Shown here in pieces: positions 41,692 through 43,620 of a DNA stretch of 43,620 nt (position 1 is its first letter; every line of letters starts with the position of its first letter). Location: the NCBI RefSeq assembly GCF_001194135.2, contig NC_068994.1, positions 54,056,698-54,100,317 of the forward strand, in the 5' to 3' direction. The position numbers and the translations under genes are program-made. The notes beneath the pieces are model-generated. The model was given only the letters and a program-made list of their open reading frames with translations, made no database searches and was not told the origin of the DNA. Source of the DNA: Octopus bimaculoides. Its lineage: Eukaryota.

Positions 41692-42644
41692 ATATTTAAA
41701 TATATATGCATATATATATATATATACATGTATGTTGTGATGTGTTGCTTTATTGGAAAATTCTTTTTCTGCTCTGTTTTGCTTGTTGGAATCTTTCCAC
41801 TCATCCACTCAATTAATGAGAGATGATATGAACAGCAATGGACATTTTTATGACTTTATCCCCATTTTCTCAAATTACTGGGGTTTTTTTTTTCCTATCT
41901 ACAACACTTCCATTGCATCATTTTTGCACCTTTCCTGAAAGATGTAGTAGAATCTTATTGGAAGTATTCTTTCTCTCCCATTTACTTTTGATATTTATTA
42001 TTCAGTTTATTTTTGCTGCAAGAGACAATTCATGTTCAAAGTTAAATATAAAATTAAAATGAAATGTTCCAAAGTCTATGTAAAATGTCTTTTTGTCCTC
42101 TATCGATATCTTACAGTAAAAAATACAGAAATCTGTTTGAGATTTTTGATATAAAAAATATCCATTTTTATCATAAACCAAAAAAATGCCCACGGGCATA
42201 TAGCATAGTGGTTAAGAGCACGGGCTACTAGCCCCAAGATTCTGAGTTTGATTCCAGGCAGTGACCTGAATCATCATCATCGTTTAACGTCCACTTTCCA
42301 TGCTAGCATGGGTTGGACGATTTGACTGAGGACTGGTGAACCAGATGGCTGCACCAGGCTCCAATCTGATTTGGCAGAATTTCTACAGCTGTTCAAAAGC
42401 TTCGTAGCGAGGTCTTTACTCCTGTCCTTGATGGCTTGGGATAAAATTTGGCCCTTGTGAGATTTAAACATATAGTAATTTTCTCAGTTATTTTTTATTA
42501 AACATAACTAATGCAGGAACTTTCTGATACCACCGCATATACGCAGACACATACACACATCAACATTAATAACAACAGAATACTTTCCTTTTTACTCTGT
42601 ATAAAGAAAATACTTCGATTTATATAAAATTTAATTGATTTGTG

Positions 42645-43273
42645 GCAAGTTTTGAACTCAACATGCAAGGACCAAGTGTTCTGAAGCCAATGCACACACA
42701 TGCTGATTTTTCATTCATGGTGCATGCAGCAGCTTTTGCACACACAGTGTGTATGCACCAAACTTTGCATCCAATATGCGCATACCAAGTTTTTGAGTTA
42801 GTGTGCATGTTTTATGTTTGGACAGCATGCACATGCAACAAGTTTTGAAGCCAATTTGCATGTACTATGTTCTAACGCCAATGTGCATCATCTGAGTATT
42901 AAACCTAATGCATATACGCCAAGATTTTAAGCCAATATGCATGAACCAAGCTGTCACTTTTCTGCATATTTGCCAAGTTTGCATTTAAATATGCATGCAC
43001 CACATTTACAACCTGGTGCACATTCACAAAGTTTTCAACCTAAATATTTAGGGAAAAAAACTTGCATGTGTCAAATTTTGATATATATAAATATATATGC
43101 ACTGAGATTTGTTGCTAATGCCATTTCTGCATGCCACAGATTTTGTACATACAACTACACATGTGCCAAATTTTGTAACCAAAGAACATTCAACAAGATT
43201 TGCATACAGTATGTATGCTCTCCAGGACTTGAAAGAAATATGTGTGCCAAGTTCTATACCCATTGTATGTGTG
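42645..43273. repeat. Highly diverged 27-bp tandem array, about 23 units
   Basis: ccaag-like anchors at exact 27-nt spacing: 42838, 42865, 42892, 42919, 42946, 42973, 43000, 43027 and 43166, 43193, 43220, 43247; consensus about ccaagttttgaagccaatatgcatgca. Confidence 0.8.
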
Positions 43274-43289
43274 TGTGTGTGTAGGCATA

Positions 43290-43510
43290 CAGTCTTTACT
43301 TTTACTTGTTTCAGTCATTTGACTGCGGCCATGCTGGACCATCACCTTTAGTCGAATCAAATCGACCCCAGGACTTATTCTTTGTAAGCCTAGTACTTAT
43401 TCTATCAGTTTCTTTTGCCGAACCGCTAAGTTATGGGGACGTAAACACACCAGCATCGGTTGTCAAGCGATGTTGGGGGGACAAACACAGACACACAAAC
43501 ATATACATAC
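43290..43510 (-). mobile_element. SINE family B/C 3' half
   Basis: Reverse complement of about 29450-29650; CpGs largely intact. Confidence 0.82.
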
Positions 43511-43554
43511 ATGCACACATACACACTCACACACACACACTCACACACACACAC

Positions 43555-43620
<66 letters not shown>
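43510..43620. repeat. (CA)n then (TA)n microsatellite running to the window end
   Basis: Direct reading. Confidence 0.95.

Noticed and set aside
42194-42268. tRNA gene (A box tagcatagtgg, B box gtttgattcc)
   Set aside because: Acceptor and anticodon stems do not pair properly; it is a tRNA-derived SINE head abutting a family D copy.

Overview
This is AT-rich eukaryotic animal DNA, dense in SINEs, MITEs and microsatellites. The repeat families look like those of coleoid cephalopods, most likely Octopus (inferred from recalled SINE sequences, not from a search). I built two spliced + strand genes by hand, both with GT-AG introns and consistent phases. Gene 1 (CDS 5883-23122, 19 core exons, about 1138 aa) encodes an N-terminal extended Tudor domain with a degenerate aromatic cage, a disordered linker with a PPGF motif, a MIF4G-like HEAT domain, a long Ser/Pro-rich disordered region and a C-terminal CCHC zinc knuckle. 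I do not recall a characterised protein with this Tudor + MIF4G + CCHC combination, and it is the main lead in the window. The gene also has several candidate microexons and tandem splice sites. Gene 2 is a clear PRADC1 orthologue (four exons, 37808-41179; first coding exon uncertain). Other items are a mariner transposase fossil, TTAA-flanked piggyBac-like MITEs, Helitron/Helentron-like elements, a cryptic 27-bp array of about 23 units, a 150-bp palindrome, location-dependent CpG decay of SINE copies, and weak hints of minus-strand transcripts. There are two N gaps; the first is flanked by an exact 159-bp duplication, probably an assembly artefact. Almost all ORFs in the supplied track are microsatellite or SINE noise.
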